A program made the position numbers and the translations under genes. From the NCBI GenBank assembly GCA_049840735.1, contig JASGJN010000013.1, forward strand, positions 1-64,000: 64,000 nucleotides of DNA, given 5' to 3'. Under the pieces are notes generated by a model. That model did not search any database and had not been told where the DNA came from. It worked only from the letters and a program-made list of their open reading frames with translations. Shown in pieces: positions 54,102 through 64,000 of this stretch (positions within the stretch are counted from its first letter, which is position 1; every line of letters starts with the position of its first letter). The DNA is from Anaeromyxobacter sp. (GTDB taxonomy: Bacteria > Myxococcota > Myxococcia > Myxococcales > Anaeromyxobacteraceae).

Positions 54102-55655
54102 ATGGACCTCCAACCGCTCGTCCAGGACAACCTGGCCTCGCTGCCGCGCTTCCTCCCGGAGCTCTGGCTGGGGCTGGGCACCCTGGCGCTGTTCCTGCTG
54201 GACGTGATCTGGCGGAGGGCCTCGCCGGCGGCGCGCGTGGCGCGCCTCTCGGTGGCCACGCTGCTGGTGCTGGCCGCGGCCGGCGCGCTGCTGGCCCTGG
54301 CGCCGGTCGCGCCCGGCCCGCTCTTCAACGGCATGCTGGCCACCGACGCCTTCGCCACCTTCTTCAAGTGGCTGTTCCTGGCGGCCGGCGCGGTCACGGT
54401 GCTGCTGGCCGGCGGCGGGCGCGAGGTCACCTCGGCGCGCATCGGCCAGTTCCACGGCCTGCTGGTGGCGGTGGTGCTGGGCATGTTCCTGATGGCCGGC
54501 GCCAGCGACCTGCTCATGATGTACCTGGCCATCGAGCTGGTCTCGATGACCAGCTATGCGCTGGCCGGCTTCCGCAAGGGCGACCGGCGCGCCGCCGAGG
54601 CCTCGCTCAAGTACGTCATCTACGGCGGCGTCGCCTCCGGCGTGATGCTGTTCGGGATGAGCTACCTCTACGGCCTCACCGGCACCTTCTCCTTCGCGGA
54701 GCTGGGGCCGCGGCTGCTGGCGGTGCAGGCGGCGGGGCTGCCCCTGGCGGCCACGCGCGTGGCGCTGGTGGTGGGGCTGGTCTTCGTGGCGGCGGGCATC
54801 GCCTACAAGGTGGCGGCGGTCCCCTTCCACATGTGGTGCCCGGACGTCTACGAGGGCGCCCCCACCCCGTTCACCGCCTTCCTCTCGGTGGGCCCCAAGG
54901 CGGCCGGCTTCGCGCTGGCGCTGCGCTTCTTCCTCTCCGCCTTCGCGCAGGTGGACCCCTCCACCGGCGCGCTGGCGGCGCTGGGCGGCATCCCCTGGCC
55001 GGCCGTGCTGGGCGTCCTGGCGGCCGTCACCATGACGCTCGGGAACCTGACCGCGCTCTCCCAGACCAACCTGAAGCGCCTGCTGGCGTACTCGTCCATC
55101 GCGCACGCCGGCTACGCGCTGATGGGCCTCTCGGCGGTCTCCACCGCCGGGGCGCACGCCGTGATGCTCTACCTGGCCGTCTACCTGGTGATGAACCTGG
55201 GCGCGTTCGCGGTGGTGATCGGCGTGGCCGACGCCACCGGCTCCGAGTCCATCCTCGACTACCAGGGGCTCTCGCGGCGCCAGCCGCTGGCGGCGCTGAC
55301 CTTCGTGGTCTTCCTGCTCTCGCTGACCGGCCTGCCCCCCTTCGCCGGCTTCATCGGCAAGTGGTACCTGTTCACCGCCGTCTGGGAGCGCACCGGCGGC
55401 CCGGGCGGCGGCTGGTACGCGGCCCTGCTGCTGGTGGCGGCGGTCAACACCGCCATCTCGCTCGGCTACTACGCGCGGGTCATCCGGGCCATGTTCCTGG
55501 ACCCGCCGCACGCGGCGGAGGCCGGGCGGCTGCGCTGGCCGGTGGGCCAGCAGCTGCTGCTGGGGGCCTGTGCACTGCTGGTGATCTGGGCCGGCGTGGT
55601 GCCGCAGCCGGTGATCGCCTGGACCCTGGCCTCGGTGAGCATGTTCCGGGGATAG
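54102..55655 (+). CDS. nuoN: NADH-quinone oxidoreductase subunit N
   Basis: EASLKY, PFHMWCPDVYEGAPTP, KRLLAYSSIAHAGY, GLPPFAGFIGK. Confidence 0.98.
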   Translation: MDLQPLVQDNLASLPRFLPELWLGLGTLALFLLDVIWRRASPAARVARLSVATLLVLAAAGALLALAPVAPGPLFNGMLATDAFATFFKWLFLAAGAVTVLLAGGGREVTSARIGQFHGLLVAVVLGMFLMAGASDLLMMYLAIELVSMTSYALAGFRKGDRRAAEASLKYVIYGGVASGVMLFGMSYLYGLTGTFSFAELGPRLLAVQAAGLPLAATRVALVVGLVFVAAGIAYKVAAVPFHMWCPDVYEGAPTPFTAFLSVGPKAAGFALALRFFLSAFAQVDPSTGALAALGGIPWPAVLGVLAAVTMTLGNLTALSQTNLKRLLAYSSIAHAGYALMGLSAVSTAGAHAVMLYLAVYLVMNLGAFAVVIGVADATGSESILDYQGLSRRQPLAALTFVVFLLSLTGLPPFAGFIGKWYLFTAVWERTGGPGGGWYAALLLVAAVNTAISLGYYARVIRAMFLDPPHAAEAGRLRWPVGQQLLLGACALLVIWAGVVPQPVIAWTLASVSMFRG

Positions 55656-55868
55656 GCGCGCGGTCCGATCCGGCGCCGGCCACCCGGCGAGCCGGCGCGG
55701 ATCCGCCAGCGGCGGGCCACATCCGACCACAGGGGTTTCCCCGTAGCGGGCTCGCTGGACGCGCAGCCACGCCGCAGCCCGTTTCCTTGCGGGAGCGCCG
55801 GCCGGCATGCTACCGGCACGGGTAACACCGGCCGTGTCACCGCGGCCGAATGCTCCGGGGGGAAGCCC

Positions 55869-57764
55869 ATGCGCCGCGCCGTCACTGCCCTGTCCCTGTG
55901 CCTTGCCGCGGCCCTCGTCGCGGCCGGCTGCGGGAGCTCCGACTCGAGCTCGCCCAGCTGCGGAGCCTCCGGCGGAGCGTGCTGCGAGGGATCGGTCTGC
56001 AACACCGGCCTCACCTGCAACGCGGGCACCTGCGAGCCGGACCCGGCGGCCTGCGGCCGGCTCGGGGCCGCCTGCTGCGCGACCGCCCCGGCCTGCGCGA
56101 ACGGGGTGGTCTGCCACGCCGGGGTGTGCGGCGGGGGCAGCACCGAGCCGGACACCACCGTCACGCGGTCGGTCTGTGGCACCGGCGCCACCCTGGAGAT
56201 CGCCGGCGCGACGCTGACCATCCCGGCCGGCGCCCTCACCGCCTGCAGGCAGATCACCTTCTCGAGGAGCGTCCTCTCGCCCGGCGGCTACACGCTCTAC
56301 TCCCCGGTGATCGAGGTCTCGCCGGCGACGCTCACCTTCGCGACCCCGGCCACGGTCTCGATCGACTACGTGGCCTCGTCGCAGTCGGCGGCGCTGTTCT
56401 GGTCCCGCAGCGACACCACCGGCTACCTGCCGGTGAACGGGGTCGACGGCGGCACGGCGCTCTCGGGTCCATCAGCCGGGGCGGGTCGGGCTTCGTCGCC
56501 GACGTGCTCGACGTGCAGGAGGAGCCGGACCGGAGCTGCGTGGTCGGCAAGCTGCTGCAGGGCCGCACGCAGGCCGGGTCCTCCACCGTGGCCCTCTTCT
56601 TCTCCTTCGACGACTGCTGGGGCCGCCCGCTGACCGGGCTGCAGGACTCGGACTTCCAGGTGCTGGAGAACGGCTCCCCCATCAGCCCTGCCGAGGCCTC
56701 CGCCACCATCCTGCAGCGCAACGGCGTGCAGGTCTTCGCCTCGCTCGTGATCGACGTCTCCGCCTCGACCCAGCCGCTGCTGCCGCAGGTGATCGAGGGG
56801 GCCAAGGCCTTCGTGACCAGCCTGCAGGTGACGAAGCAGCTCCCGGTCCAGAATCTCCATCCAGCTCTTCGCCGGCGAGGCGGCGCTGACGGAGTGGCAG
56901 GCCCCCACCCTGGACACCGCCAGGCTCCTCGGCAAGCTCGACCAGCTCCCGCTGTACACCCCCGCCGACCGGTCCTCCACCAACCTCAACGGCGCGGTGG
57001 TGACCTCGCTGACGCGCCTCCGCGGGGCCCAGTCCACGTTCATCGCCCGCAACCACGGCGGCGCGTTCACGACCGGCTACGTGGTGCTGTTCACGGACGG
57101 CAGCGACACGGCCGCCCGCGTGAGCGCCGCGGACGCCACCTCGGCCGAGGACGATGGGCCGGAGCAGGTCATCGCGGTCGGGCTCAAGAGCGCGGAGTAC
57201 GACGGCGAGGCCCTGGCCAAGCTCGCGCCCTACGGCGTCATCACCGCGTCCGACTCGACGCAGCTCGCGGCGGCGTTCACGGCGCTGACCGACCGCATCG
57301 AGGGACAGGTCAGCCGCTCCTACCTCCTGGGCTACTGCTCCCCCAAGCGCGCCGGCACCGCGCACGAGGTCACGGTGGAGATCCTGGGGGCGGACAACCA
57401 GGCCAGCCCTGCGTACGAGTTCGACGCCTCGGCGTTCACGCCCGGCTGCTCCACCGCGAGCTTCGCCACCCTGTGCGATGGCATGGCCTGCGGCGGCCTG
57501 GGCTGCGGCGCCTGCGACGACCGGCAGGCGGCGTGTGACCCGGCCACCTGGACCTGCGCCGACTACTGCATGACCGCGCAGCACTGCGACGGCTCCACCT
57601 ACACGAACCCGCTGGGCTACAGCCAGGTCTGCACGGAGGGCGCGTCCAACTCCAGCTGCGGCGGCGCCTGCGTGGACACGCGGGTCAATCCGGACAACTG
57701 CGGGACCTGCGGGCACGCCTGCGCCACCGGGCAGCGCTGCGCCTCCAGCGCCTGCGTGAACTGA
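55869..57764 (+). CDS. Cys-rich lipoprotein with ZU5-like and VWA domains (frameshifts near 56465 and 56850)
   Basis: Lipobox AAGC; CGxxGxACC repeats; LTIPAGAL...SPVIEVSP; MIDAS DVSAS...FTDG; C-terminal CVDTRVNPDNCGTCGHAC. Confidence 0.78.
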
Positions 57765-57813
57765 CGCCGGTCAGGCCGGTGCCCGCCCCACGGGGCGGGC
57801 GTGGCGTTCCAGG

Positions 57814-57845
57814 GGCCCCGGCCGGCGACGGCCGGGGCCTTCCTG
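57814..57845 (+). terminator. Hairpin after the VWA lipoprotein gene
   Basis: GGCCCCGGCCG-GCGA-CGGCCGGGGCC followed by TTCCT. Confidence 0.6.
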
Positions 57846-57943
57846 TCCCGGAGGGCCCGAGGCGCCCTCGACGGGCGATTCGGGTTGTGGCCGGGCGCTG
57901 CGGCGCCGTACCATCCGTCCACACCTCCGGAGGGGATGCCATC

Positions 57944-59255
57944 ATGATCTCGTCGTCCGCGCTCGCCGCCACCACCGCCCTGCTCCTCGGACTCCAGCCG
58001 CCCGGAGGCTGGGTGGACGTGCTGAAGGACGCCGCCCGGCAGGAGCGCGACGAGGCCATCCAGGAGGGCACCGACGCGGCCGCCGACGCCGCCAAGGACA
58101 CCGCCCGCGACGCCGCCTCCGGCAAGAACAAGAAGAAGGCGAAGAAGGCCCCCGCGGCCGAGCCGGCCGAGGACGCGGAGGAGGCGGCCCCCGCCGAGGA
58201 GGCCGAGGCGGCCCCGGCGCCGGCCAAGGCCGGCAAGCCCGCCAAGGCCGCCGCGCCGGCGGGCCAGGACGCGGGCGAGCTGTACGGCAACACCTTCGAC
58301 TTCGTCCCCGGCGACCGGGTCCTCTTCTTCGACGACTTCGGCGAGACCGACGTCGGCGATTACCCGGTCCGCTGGACCATCAAGGACGAGGGCGGCGGCG
58401 CGCCCGCCGAGGTGGTGGAGGCCAAGGGGCGCCGCTTCTTCCGGACCGTCCAGCCGGAGGAGTCGCTGGACGACTCGATCCACTGGGTCCGCATGGACCT
58501 CAAGGACAAGGACCTCCCGCAGAAGTTCACCCTCGAGCTCGACGCCGACCTGGGCGGCGGCCTGTGCCTGATGTTCAGCGCGGCCAGCAACTGGGGCGGC
58601 CAGGAGATCTGCCTGCGCGGCGACGGCGAGGTGCGCTCGGCCAACGTCGAGCAGCGCGTGAAGCCGTTCGGCCCCGGCCTGCGCCACGTCTCGGTCTCGG
58701 TCAACGGCACCTACGCCAAGGTCTACGTGGGCGGCGCCCGCGTGCTGGCCGATCCGGACGCCATCACCCGCCCCGTGTCGCGGATCGGCTACCGCTTCTA
58801 CGCCTTCTGGGCGGCCGGCTCGGACTACGAGGAGGGCGTGCGCGCGCACCTGCTCTTCACCAACTTCCGGCTGGCCGAGGGCGGCAAGGACTACAACAAG
58901 GAGCTCACGTCGGTGGGGCGCATCGTCACCCACGGCATCACCTTCGACACCGGCTCGGACGCCATCAAGCCCGAGTCCGGCCCGGCGCTGCGCGGCATCC
59001 TCAAGCTCCTGCAGGACCAGCCGGCGCTGCGCTTCGAGGTGGGCGGCCACACCGACAACCAGGGCGCCGCCAAGGTGAACGGCCCGCTCTCGGAGAAGCG
59101 CGCCGCGGCGGTGAAGGCCTGGCTCGTCGCCCAGGGCGTGGACGCGAAGCGGCTCACGGCCAAGGGGTTCGGCGACTCGAAGCCGCTCGAGCCGAACGCC
59201 ACGCCCGAGGGGCGCGCCATGAACCGGCGGGTGGAGTTCGTGAAGATTCAGGGAT
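57944..59255 (+). CDS. OmpA-family peptidoglycan-binding protein with large N-terminal domain; stop codon apparently lost
   Basis: FDFVPGDRVLFFDDF; GITFDTGS, GHTDNQG, LSEKRA, GFGDSKP, NRRVEF. The called ORF reads on to 59494, into the convergent gene. Confidence 0.85.
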
Positions 59256-59257
59256 CA

Positions 59258-59281
59258 GGGGGAGGCCTCCGGGCCTCCCCC
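59258..59281. terminator. Hairpin between convergent OmpA-family and PHP genes
   Basis: GGGGGAGGCC-TCCG-GGCCTCCCCC, perfect 10-bp stem. Confidence 0.6.
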
Positions 59282-59282
59282 G

Positions 59283-60113
59283 CTACGGCCGCCGCTTCTC
59301 GAGCTGCTCGAACAGCTCCGGATCCATCGAGACGTCGCCGAGGTGGCGGTTGGGGGCCACCACCTCGCCGTGGAAGTCCGAGCCGGCGGTGGGCACCAGG
59401 TCCAGCGCCTCGGCGATGCGCAGGAACTTCTCGCGCACCGACGGGTTGTGGTCGGTGTGGTGCACCTCCACGCCCTCGATCCCGGCCGCCTTGAGCCGCT
59501 CCAGGTCGTAGCGCTCCAGCTTGGAGACGCCCGGGTGCGCCACCGTGGTGGTGCCGCCGGCCCCCTTCACCAGCGCCACCGCGTCCGCCGCCTCCAGCCG
59601 GAAGCGCTGCACGTAGGCCGGCTTCCCCTCCCCCAGGAACCGGTCGAAGGCCTCCTTCACCGAGGCCACCGCGCCGGTGTCCAGGATGGCCCGGGCCACG
59701 TGCGGCCGGCCGATGGTCTTGCCCCCGCTGTGCTTCTCGATGTCCTCCTCCCGGATCGGCACGCCCACCGCGGCCAGCTTCTCCACGATGAGGTGCATGC
59801 GCTCGCGGCGGCGGTCGGCCAGGAAGTCCTCGAACCGCTTGAGCTCCGGGTGCTCGGGATCCACGAAGTGGCCCAGCAGGTGGATCTCGCGCCTGTCCAG
59901 GAAGGCGGAGAGCTCGATCCCCGGCACCAGCCGCACGCCGAGCGGGCGAGCGGCTGCCTCCGCTGCGGCCAGCCCGGCCACGGTGTCGTGGTCGGAGAGG
60001 GCCCACACGTGGAGCCCGGCCTCGGCCGCGCGCCGGGCCACCTCCTCCGGCGCGTACTGGCCGTCGGAGGCGCGGCTGTGGGAGTGCAGGTCGATGCGGG
60101 GGGCGTTCACCAT
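59283..60113 (-). CDS. PHP-domain phosphoesterase (YciV/TrpH family)
   Basis: DLHSHSRASDG, SDHDT, PGIELS, IHLLG, GRPHVA, AHP, GSDFHG. Confidence 0.92.
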   Translation of the reverse strand: MVNAPRIDLHSHSRASDGQYAPEEVARRAAEAGLHVWALSDHDTVAGLAAAEAAARPLGVRLVPGIELSAFLDRREIHLLGHFVDPEHPELKRFEDFLADRRRERMHLIVEKLAAVGVPIREEDIEKHSGGKTIGRPHVARAILDTGAVASVKEAFDRFLGEGKPAYVQRFRLEAADAVALVKGAGGTTTVAHPGVSKLERYDLERLKAAGIEGVEVHHTDHNPSVREKFLRIAEALDLVPTAGSDFHGEVVAPNRHLGDVSMDPELFEQLEKRRP

Positions 60114-60201
60114 GAAATCGGGGCCTCGGGCGTGTTAAGAAGTGTGCCGGACCTCGAGCGTGGCGCGCCCGTCCGGCCGGGCGGCGCGCCAAGGATCTCC
60201 C

Positions 60202-60660
60202 ATGCAGCACGTACTGCGGATCTCGCGAAAGATCGACTACGGGCTGCGGGCCATGATCTACCTCGCCTCGATCCCCCGCGACGCGGTCGTCCCCTTCCGG
60301 GAGATCGGGCGGCAGATGGACGTCCCCGAGGACTTCCTGGCCAAGATCCTGAAGACCCTGGTGGACGCGCAGATGGTCCGCTCCAGCCGCGGCCCCCACG
60401 GCGGCTACGCGCTCTCGCGGCCGGCGGAGGAGATCAGCTTCCTGGACGTGATCGAGGCGGTGGAGGGGCCGGTGGCCCTCAACGTCTGCCTGGACGGGGA
60501 CGACGCCTGCGGCCACTCCACGCAGTGCACCATGGTGTCGGTGTGGCGGCTCGGGCAGGAGCGGATGCTGGACGTCTACCGTCAGGCCAAGCTCTCGGAG
60601 CTGGCGTTCAAGCCCGGGTGCGGCAACCTCGGCCTGGTGCAGCTGCAGGCCCGGGGCTGA
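60202..60660 (+). CDS. Rrf2-family transcriptional regulator (IscR-like, three Cys)
   Basis: DYGLRAM, RGPHGGYAL, DVIEAVEG, CLDGDDACGHSTQC. Confidence 0.93.
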   Translation: MQHVLRISRKIDYGLRAMIYLASIPRDAVVPFREIGRQMDVPEDFLAKILKTLVDAQMVRSSRGPHGGYALSRPAEEISFLDVIEAVEGPVALNVCLDGDDACGHSTQCTMVSVWRLGQERMLDVYRQAKLSELAFKPGCGNLGLVQLQARG

Positions 60661-60702
60661 AGGGGCTTTGCGGCGGGGCGCGGCTGGTTTAAGTCAGCCC
60701 CC

Positions 60703-61737
60703 ATGTCCTTCGACCCCTCCGCCGCGGCCCAGCCCGGCTCCGGCATCTTCGGCCTCCCGCACTCCGCCACCGAGGCGGCGCTGCTGCTCGTCCCGGTGCC
60801 CTTCGAGGCCACCACCTCGTACGGCGGCGGCACCGCCGGCGGCCCGGAGGCGATCCTCTCCGCCAGCCGGCAGGTGGACCTGTTCGACGTGGAGACCGGC
60901 CGGCCCTACGAGGCCGGCATCCACCAGCTGCCCATCCCGGAGGCGATCGCCGCGCTGGACCGCGCCGCCCGCGCCGCCGCTGCCCCCATCATCGAGGCGG
61001 GCGGCTCCGACGGCAGCCCCGCCCACGCCCGCGCGCTGGCCGAGGTGAACCAGGCCTGCGAGCGGATGAACGCCTGGGTGGAGGCGCAGGTGGAGGAGGG
61101 GCTGGCCCGCGGCCAGGTGGTGGGGCTGGTGGGCGGCGATCACTCCACCGCCCTGGGCAGCCTGGCGGCCCACGCGCGCCGCTACCCGGGGATGGGCGTG
61201 ATCCACGTGGACGCCCACGCCGACCTGCGCGTCGCCTACGAGGGGTTCACCTACAGCCACGCCTCCATCCTCTACAACGCCTGCGAGCGCCTGTCCGGCC
61301 TCTCGCGGCTGGTGCAGGTGGGGCTGCGCGACCTCTCCGAGGAGGAGCACGCCTACGCCGCCGCCTCGCGCGGACGGATCGTCCAGCTCCACGACGCCGA
61401 GCTGGCCCGGGGGCAGCTGGAGGGTGAGCGCTGGTCGGCCCAGGTCGAGCGCATCCTGGCGCCGCTGCCGCAGGACGTCTACGTGACCTTCGACATCGAC
61501 GGCCTCGACCCGGCCCTCTGCCCGCACACCGGGACGCCGGTCCCCGGCGGCCTCTCCTACCAGCAGGCGACCTACCTCGTGGGCGCGGTGGTCCGGAGCG
61601 GCCGGCGCCTGGTCGGCTTCGACCTGGTGGAGGTCGCCCCTTCGCCCGACGGCGGCGAGTGGGACGGCAACGTCGGCGCGCGGCTGCTCTACAAGCTCTG
61701 CGGCTGGGCCCTCCAATCGCGCGCCGCGCGGCGCTGA
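60703..61737 (+). CDS. speB: Agmatinase / ureohydrolase
   Basis: GGDHS, DAHAD, SHAS, TFDIDGLDP, TGTPVPGG, DLVEV. Confidence 0.9.
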   Translation: MSFDPSAAAQPGSGIFGLPHSATEAALLLVPVPFEATTSYGGGTAGGPEAILSASRQVDLFDVETGRPYEAGIHQLPIPEAIAALDRAARAAAAPIIEAGGSDGSPAHARALAEVNQACERMNAWVEAQVEEGLARGQVVGLVGGDHSTALGSLAAHARRYPGMGVIHVDAHADLRVAYEGFTYSHASILYNACERLSGLSRLVQVGLRDLSEEEHAYAAASRGRIVQLHDAELARGQLEGERWSAQVERILAPLPQDVYVTFDIDGLDPALCPHTGTPVPGGLSYQQATYLVGAVVRSGRRLVGFDLVEVAPSPDGGEWDGNVGARLLYKLCGWALQSRAARR

Positions 61738-61815
61738 GCGCGCGGTCGTGGATCGCAACCCTCGATGATCGCTCCCCGGGTTGCGCCTCCGCCGGGGCGG
61801 GATGACCGTTCAGGG

Positions 61816-62886
61816 GTGAAGAGCTCCCCACGCCTCGACGAGGCCACCCCCCTCACCCCGCGCCAGATCCACGAGCGCCTCTCCCTCCACGTCGTGGGCC
61901 AGGAGCGCGCCAAGCGAGCCCTCTCCGTGGCCGCCTACGCGCACCTCCGCCGGACCGGGCTGCGCCGCGGGCGCCGCGCCGCCGCGCCGCGCAAGGCCAA
62001 CGTGCTGCTGATCGGCCCCACCGGCTGCGGGAAGACGCACCTGGCCCGGAACCTGGCCAGCATCCTGGAGGTGCCGTTCCACGTCGCCGACGCCACCGAG
62101 TTCACCGAGGCCGGGTACTACGGCAAGGACGTGGAGGTGATGATCGCCGAGCTGCTGGTGAAGGCCAACCACTCGGTGGACGAGGCGCAGCGCGGGATCG
62201 TCTTCATCGACGAGGTGGACAAGATCGCCCGGCGCAGCCACGGGCCGCGCAGCGGCTCGGCGCGCGACATCGGCGGCGAGGGGGTGCAGCAGGCCCTGCT
62301 CAAGCTGCTGGAGGGGCGCGAGGTGATGGTGCCGCTCAACCTGCAGCAGCACTGGGCGCGCCAGGACGCGGTCCCGGTGGACACCACCGACATCCTCTTC
62401 ATCTGCGCCGGCACCTTCTCCGACCTGCACGCCTACGCGGCCGAGTCGGCGCGCGGGCTGGGCTTCGGGGCGCGGGACCGGCGCGGCGGGCGGCGGCCGC
62501 TGCGCCACCGCGAGCTCGTCGAGTACGGGATGCTGTCGGAGTTCCTGGGCCGGCTGCCGGTGCTGGTGCAGCTGGACGAGCTGGGGCCGGCCGAGCTGCT
62601 CGAGGTGCTGACCGGCCCGCCGGACGCGGTGGTGCGCGAGGTGCGCGAGCTGCTGGCCGCGGATGGCGTGGAGCTGATCTTCAGCGACGGCGCGCTGCGC
62701 GAGGTGGTCCGCCACGCGCTCGAGCGCTCGGCCGGCGCCCGCGGCCTGCGCGCGGTGGTCGAGGAGGTGGTCTCGGACCTGCTCTTCGAGGCCCCGGAGC
62801 GGCGCGGCACGCGCGTGCTGGTGGACGCCGGCTACGTGCGCAGGCGCCTGGAGCGGCTGGAGGGGCCGACGCTGGAGGGCGGCTGA
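61816..62886 (+). CDS. ClpX-like AAA+ ATPase lacking the N-terminal zinc-binding domain
   Basis: VVGQERAK, GPTGCGKT, ADATEFTEAGYYGKDVE, IDEVDK, GEGVQQALLKLLEG, LGF, GRLP, GARGLR; start is GTG 61816 or ATG 61765. Confidence 0.9.
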   Translation: MKSSPRLDEATPLTPRQIHERLSLHVVGQERAKRALSVAAYAHLRRTGLRRGRRAAAPRKANVLLIGPTGCGKTHLARNLASILEVPFHVADATEFTEAGYYGKDVEVMIAELLVKANHSVDEAQRGIVFIDEVDKIARRSHGPRSGSARDIGGEGVQQALLKLLEGREVMVPLNLQQHWARQDAVPVDTTDILFICAGTFSDLHAYAAESARGLGFGARDRRGGRRPLRHRELVEYGMLSEFLGRLPVLVQLDELGPAELLEVLTGPPDAVVREVRELLAADGVELIFSDGALREVVRHALERSAGARGLRAVVEEVVSDLLFEAPERRGTRVLVDAGYVRRRLERLEGPTLEGG

Positions 62887-62899
62887 GGCGGCGGGGGAG

Positions 62900-63597
62900 G
62901 CGCCTCGAATCCCCGCGGCCGGGTCCTGCTGGAGGGCCTCCACCAGCTGCTTGACCTGGGGATCGGCCAGGAGCGTCGCCGCCTCGGCCGGATCGACCGG
63001 TCCGCCCGCGTCCAGCCCCTGGAGCCGTGGATCGGCCAGCAGCCGGGCGGCCGCCTCCGCCTCCGGCCCGCCGCGGCGGCGGAGCTCGCGGGCGGTCTGG
63101 AGCGCCCGCATCACCTGCTCGGCCTTGGCCGGGTCGAGCCGCACCAGGAGGTTGTGGGCCTGCGCCAGGCGGGCGAAGTCGCTGCCGCGCGGATCGAGCA
63201 CCCCGCCCTCCGCCCCGGCGCCGACCAGCGCCAGCGCGGAGAGGAAGATCCAGGCCGCCAGCGCGCCCTTGGCGCCGCCCAGGAGCGCGCCCACGCCGCG
63301 ATCGGCGGGGCCCTGCGCGCCGCCCCTGAGCCGGCTCCGGAGCAGCGCGCCCGCCACCAGCGAGACCAGCGCCCAGGTGCCCACGAACAGCAGGCCGGCC
63401 GCGGCCGGCCGGGCCAGCAGGCCGGGGAGCCAGCGGTGCAGCCCGACCGCCACCGGGTCCACCAGGTGGCGCGCGGCGAGCCCGGCCAGCACCACCGCGC
63501 CCAGCCCCGCCAGCTGGCGCAGCGCGCCGCCCAGCGCGCCGTGGACGGCGGTGACGAGCAGCAGCGCGAGGACGAGGAGGTCGAGGGACACGGTCAC
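62900..63597 (-). CDS. CvpA-family membrane protein; 3' end uncertain (no in-frame stop at the expected place)
   Basis: LDLLVL...GALGGALRQL...DRGVGALLGGAKG. Confidence 0.8.
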
Positions 63598-64000
63598 TTG
63601 ATCCGGTAGTCGCCCTTGACCCGCGTCTTCTCCAGCTCGCCCTGCACCGCCGCCAGCTGCTCCTTGAACCGCGCGTTGCCGGGCTCGTACATGAGCGCGC
63701 TCTTGAGCGCGCGCTCGGCCGCGTCCCAGCGCCCGGCCTCCAGCTCCTTCAGCGCGGCGGCGTAGAACTTGCGGCCGTTGGGCGTCTGGCCCAGCTGCTC
63801 CTCCAGCTTGCGCTTCTGCTCCTCCTTCACCTGGGCCTCCTCGGCCTCGGTGAAGCGGAGCTTCCTGGCCCGGTCCGGCCCGGCGATGTCGGCCACGTAG
63901 CGCGCGCGCTTCTTGTCGTCGCGCAGCACGGTGTAGGCCTCGTTGACGCGCCGGTAGATCCTCCCGATCAGCTCGCGCAGCTCGGCGCTGGGCACCGCCG
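63594..64000 (-). CDS. J-domain/TPR-like protein, C-terminal part only
   Basis: IYRRVNEAYTVLRDDKKRARY resembles J-domain helices III-IV, followed by a TPR-like segment; the 5' end is outside the window. Confidence 0.7.
   Translation of the reverse strand, partial: AVPSAELRELIGRIYRRVNEAYTVLRDDKKRARYVADIAGPDRARKLRFTEAEEAQVKEEQKRKLEEQLGQTPNGRKFYAAALKELEAGRWDAAERALKSALMYEPGNARFKEQLAAVQGELEKTRVKGDYRIK

Noticed and set aside
49698..56117. 2139-aa minus-strand ORF and 1752-aa alternative-frame ORF
   Set aside because: Shadows of nuoK-N; low-complexity Arg/Gly/Ala composition.
59256..59494. C-terminal extension of the OmpA-family protein overlapping the PHP gene
   Set aside because: The domain ends at NRRVEFVK and a terminator-like hairpin follows; a lost stop codon is more likely.
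61810..62900. CvpA read-through across the whole clpX-like gene
   Set aside because: The extension is the antisense of clpX; probably a missing stop from sequence error.

Overview
Very GC-rich chromosomal window, most likely from an Anaeromyxobacter-like member of the Myxococcota (recognised from the 16S sequence and gene order; not database-checked). It contains: a minus-strand rRNA operon (16S, tRNA-Ile, tRNA-Ala, truncated 23S) with three tandem promoters; a kamA-dedA-spoIID-queA-pilZ-tgt-yajC-secD-secF run divergent from a second kamA plus ridA; a nucleotide-signalling block (rel, two zinc-ribbon/FHA proteins, dksA, diadenylate cyclase); a GT-C glycosyltransferase, a TIGR02757 glycosylase-like gene, a large lipoprotein pullulanase, polX, ampG and an outer-membrane beta-barrel; two back-to-back complex I clusters (nuoABCDGHI on minus, nuoABCDHIJKLMN on plus, no nuoE/nuoF anywhere in the window); then a Cys-rich VWA lipoprotein, an OmpA-family protein, a PHP phosphoesterase, an Rrf2 regulator, agmatinase, a ClpX paralogue lacking the zinc-binding domain, cvpA and a partial J-domain gene. 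Many genes, including housekeeping ones, carry single-base frameshifts that are best explained as sequencing or assembly indels. The most notable observations are the divergent twin complex I locus with a repeated candidate operator, the divergent twin lysine-aminomutase locus coupled to queuosine genes, and a palindromic repeat inserted in-frame inside a membrane-protein gene. No CRISPR array, transposase or prophage was seen.
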